Part shown: positions 61,620-64,000 of the stretch, in pieces
Layout: each line of letters opens with the position of its first letter
Position numbering within the stretch: the first letter of the stretch is position 1
Source of the DNA: the human T2T-CHM13v2.0 reference genome, Homo sapiens
DNA: 64,000 nt
NCBI RefSeq assembly: GCF_009914755.1
Contig: NC_060939.1
Strand: one strand, 5' to 3'
Notes under the pieces: model-generated
What the model was told of the DNA's origin: nothing
Database searches by the model: none
What the model saw: the letters and a program-made list of their open reading frames with translations, nothing else
Position numbers and translations under genes: made by a program

Positions 61620-64000
61620 ATGGGAGAGCAAAGCAGGATCACAGAATAGGACTATCCAGTGATCGTCCCCACCAGAAACATCAATTTGAACAACTATCCA
61701 CACATAAAAATACCTTTATAAGAACTAAGGAAGCCAGATGAGAAATCATAGCACCTGGTGATAGCATAATAATTTTAAAAGATGCATTAAAGATATAGGA
61801 AGAACAATTTTACAGTACCCACATCACCCCTCCTCCATATCTAGGCAGCACAGCAGAGAGAGACCTATCATTCACTTGGAGGAGAGGAAAGTAAACATAA
61901 AACTTTGCTTTGGACACCAAGACCAGCCCTGCCATGGTAAAACCCAGCACCAGGCAGTCCCTACGGCCCCTATCTCTAGGCCAGTGACAGAGCCTATAGA
62001 TCCACTCCAACACAGGATAGGAACCTATAGCCACTGCAAGATGAACTCAAGTCCTGGCTTGCATCAACACTAGTCAACTACAGTGGCCCAGGGCTCTGAA
62101 TAACCCACAGTAACAGACAGGACTCAGCAGCCAAGGACTACAGACATGCCCCAGTGTTGCACTAGTCTCAGTGGCTGTAGGCTTTGGGTGTGCTCAGTGT
62201 GTGCCAGCCTTGGCAGCCACTTGATTCTAGCCCAGCAGTGCACTTGGCATGGCAGTCCAGGTCTTAGGGCAACCCCCTAGCACAGCAACAGCTACAGCAG
62301 TTATGGGCTTAGGGACTACACCAGATAATCGGCCCAGAATCTCTGAAGAAGCTTACTGCTAAAGGACATTCCCAGATAAAGCCAGGCTGTGAAGACTGGA
62401 ATAAATACCTACTTAAATGCACAGAAATCCGTACATAACCGCAAGGAACAACCAGGGAAATGTGACCTCACCAAATAGACAAAATAAGGTGCCAGTGACA
62501 GACCCTAAAGAGATGGAGATGTATTAATTGCCTGGCAAAGAATTTAAAATCGCTATTTTAAAGATGCTACTGAACATCAAAAAATACAGAGAAACAACTC
62601 AGTGAAATTAGGAAAGCAATAAGTGACTAGAATGAGAAACTTAATAAAGAGATTAAAATAATTTTAAAAAATCAAACAGAAATCCTGGAACTAAAAAATA
62701 CAGTGAACAAGATGGAAAATGCAATTGCACCAACAGCAGAACTGATCAAGCAAAAGAAAGAATCTATAAACTTGAAAACAGGTTATTTGGAAATATATAG
62801 TCAGAAGAGAAAAAGAATGAAACAGAAGAAAGTTTATGGGATTTATGGGATAGCATCAAAAGAGCAAATATACAGTTCATTGTGTTCAACAGGGAGTAGG
62901 AAAGGATAAAGGAGTAGAAATCTTATTTAAAGAAATAATACCAGAAAACTTTTCAAATCTGGAGAAAGATATGAATATCCAGGGACATAAAGGCCAAACA
63001 CCTCCCATCAGATTTAATCCAAATAAGACGATCTAAGACATATTATAACTAAAAGGTCAAAGATCAAAGAAAAAGAGAGGATCCTGAAAGTAACAACAGA
63101 AAATAAGCAAATAACATATAAGGGAGTTCCAATCCTCCTAGTAGCAGCAGAAACTGGACAGGCCAGGAGACAGTAGGATACTATATTTAAAGTGTTAAAG
63201 GAAAAAAACCTGCCAACCAAAAATACTGTAACTAGCCAAGCTATCCTTCAGAAATGAAGGAGAGATAAAGATGTTTCTAGACAAACAAAAGCTGAGGAAG
63301 TCCATCACTACCACACCTGTCTTAGAAGAAACCCTAATGGTAGTCTTCAGACTGAAATAAAAGGTTGCTGATGAGTAACATGGAAACATCTGAAAGTCTA
63401 GAACTCACTGGTAAAAGTAACTACACAATCAAATTCAGAATACCCTAATATTGTAATGATGGTGTGTAAATCACTTAACTTTTTAGTATAAAGGTTAAAA
63501 GACAAAAATTATTAAAAAACAAAAATAATTACAATAATTTATTGAGAGATATGCCATATAAAAAGATGTAAACTGTGTCATCAAAAATTCAAATGGAGAG
63601 TGGGGTTAAAGTGTAGAAGATTTGTTTTTTGCAATCAGTTGTTATCAGCTTAAAATAACCTACTGTAAGACGTTTTTGTAAGCTTTGTTATAATCACAAA
63701 GCAAAACCTGTAATAGATACACTAAAAGTAAAAAGCAAGGAATCAAACATACTACTAGAGAAAATCATTTAACCACAAAGGAAGACAGTAACAACAGAAG
63801 AAATCATTTACAAAATAACTAGAAAACAACTCAATGACAGTAGTAAGTCCTTACCTATCAATAAGTACCTTGAATATAAATGGATTAAATTCTCAAATCA
63901 AAAGACATAGAGTGGCGGAATGAATTTTTTTAAAAAGACCCATATATGTCTGCCTACAAAAGACTCACTTCACCTGTAAGTGGACACACACAGACTGAAA
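61620..64000 (+). mobile_element. Old L1 (L1MA/L1M-type): 5'UTR, decayed ORF1 and start of ORF2, running off the window
   Basis: 5' end gggagagcaaagcaggatcacagaatagg; ORF1 remnants (gaaataataccagaaaacttttcaaatctgg); ORF2 endonuclease start atgacagtagtaagtccttacctatcaata near 63834. Confidence 0.88.

Overview
This is primate (almost certainly human) genomic DNA from an intronic or intergenic, repeat-rich region. It holds about 35 Alu/FLAM copies (J, S and Y types), L1 remnants (an ORF2 RT block, an L1MB 3' end, and a 5'UTR-ORF1-ORF2 start at the right edge), L2 and MIR fragments, hAT DNA transposons (MER58B, Charlie1a, MER5A) and many solo LTRs (MER51, LTR12F, MER67-like, three THE1, several MLT1). 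I recognise no protein-coding gene, RNA gene or CRISPR array. Most ORFs in the supplied track are Alu-derived, L1-derived or chance. I found no convincing new biological system. The best leads are: (i) an old two-template insertion inside Charlie1a copied from about 1 kb downstream; (ii) a tail-less Alu flanked by target-site duplications (TSDs), suggesting internal priming; (iii) a dense RFX/M-box/CRE-like motif cluster followed by a candidate first exon near 52.1-52.45 kb; (iv) two hypothetical LTR-initiated spliced transcripts; (v) a strong CTCF motif. Repeat subfamily names come from memory of consensus sequences, and boundaries without TSDs are approximate.
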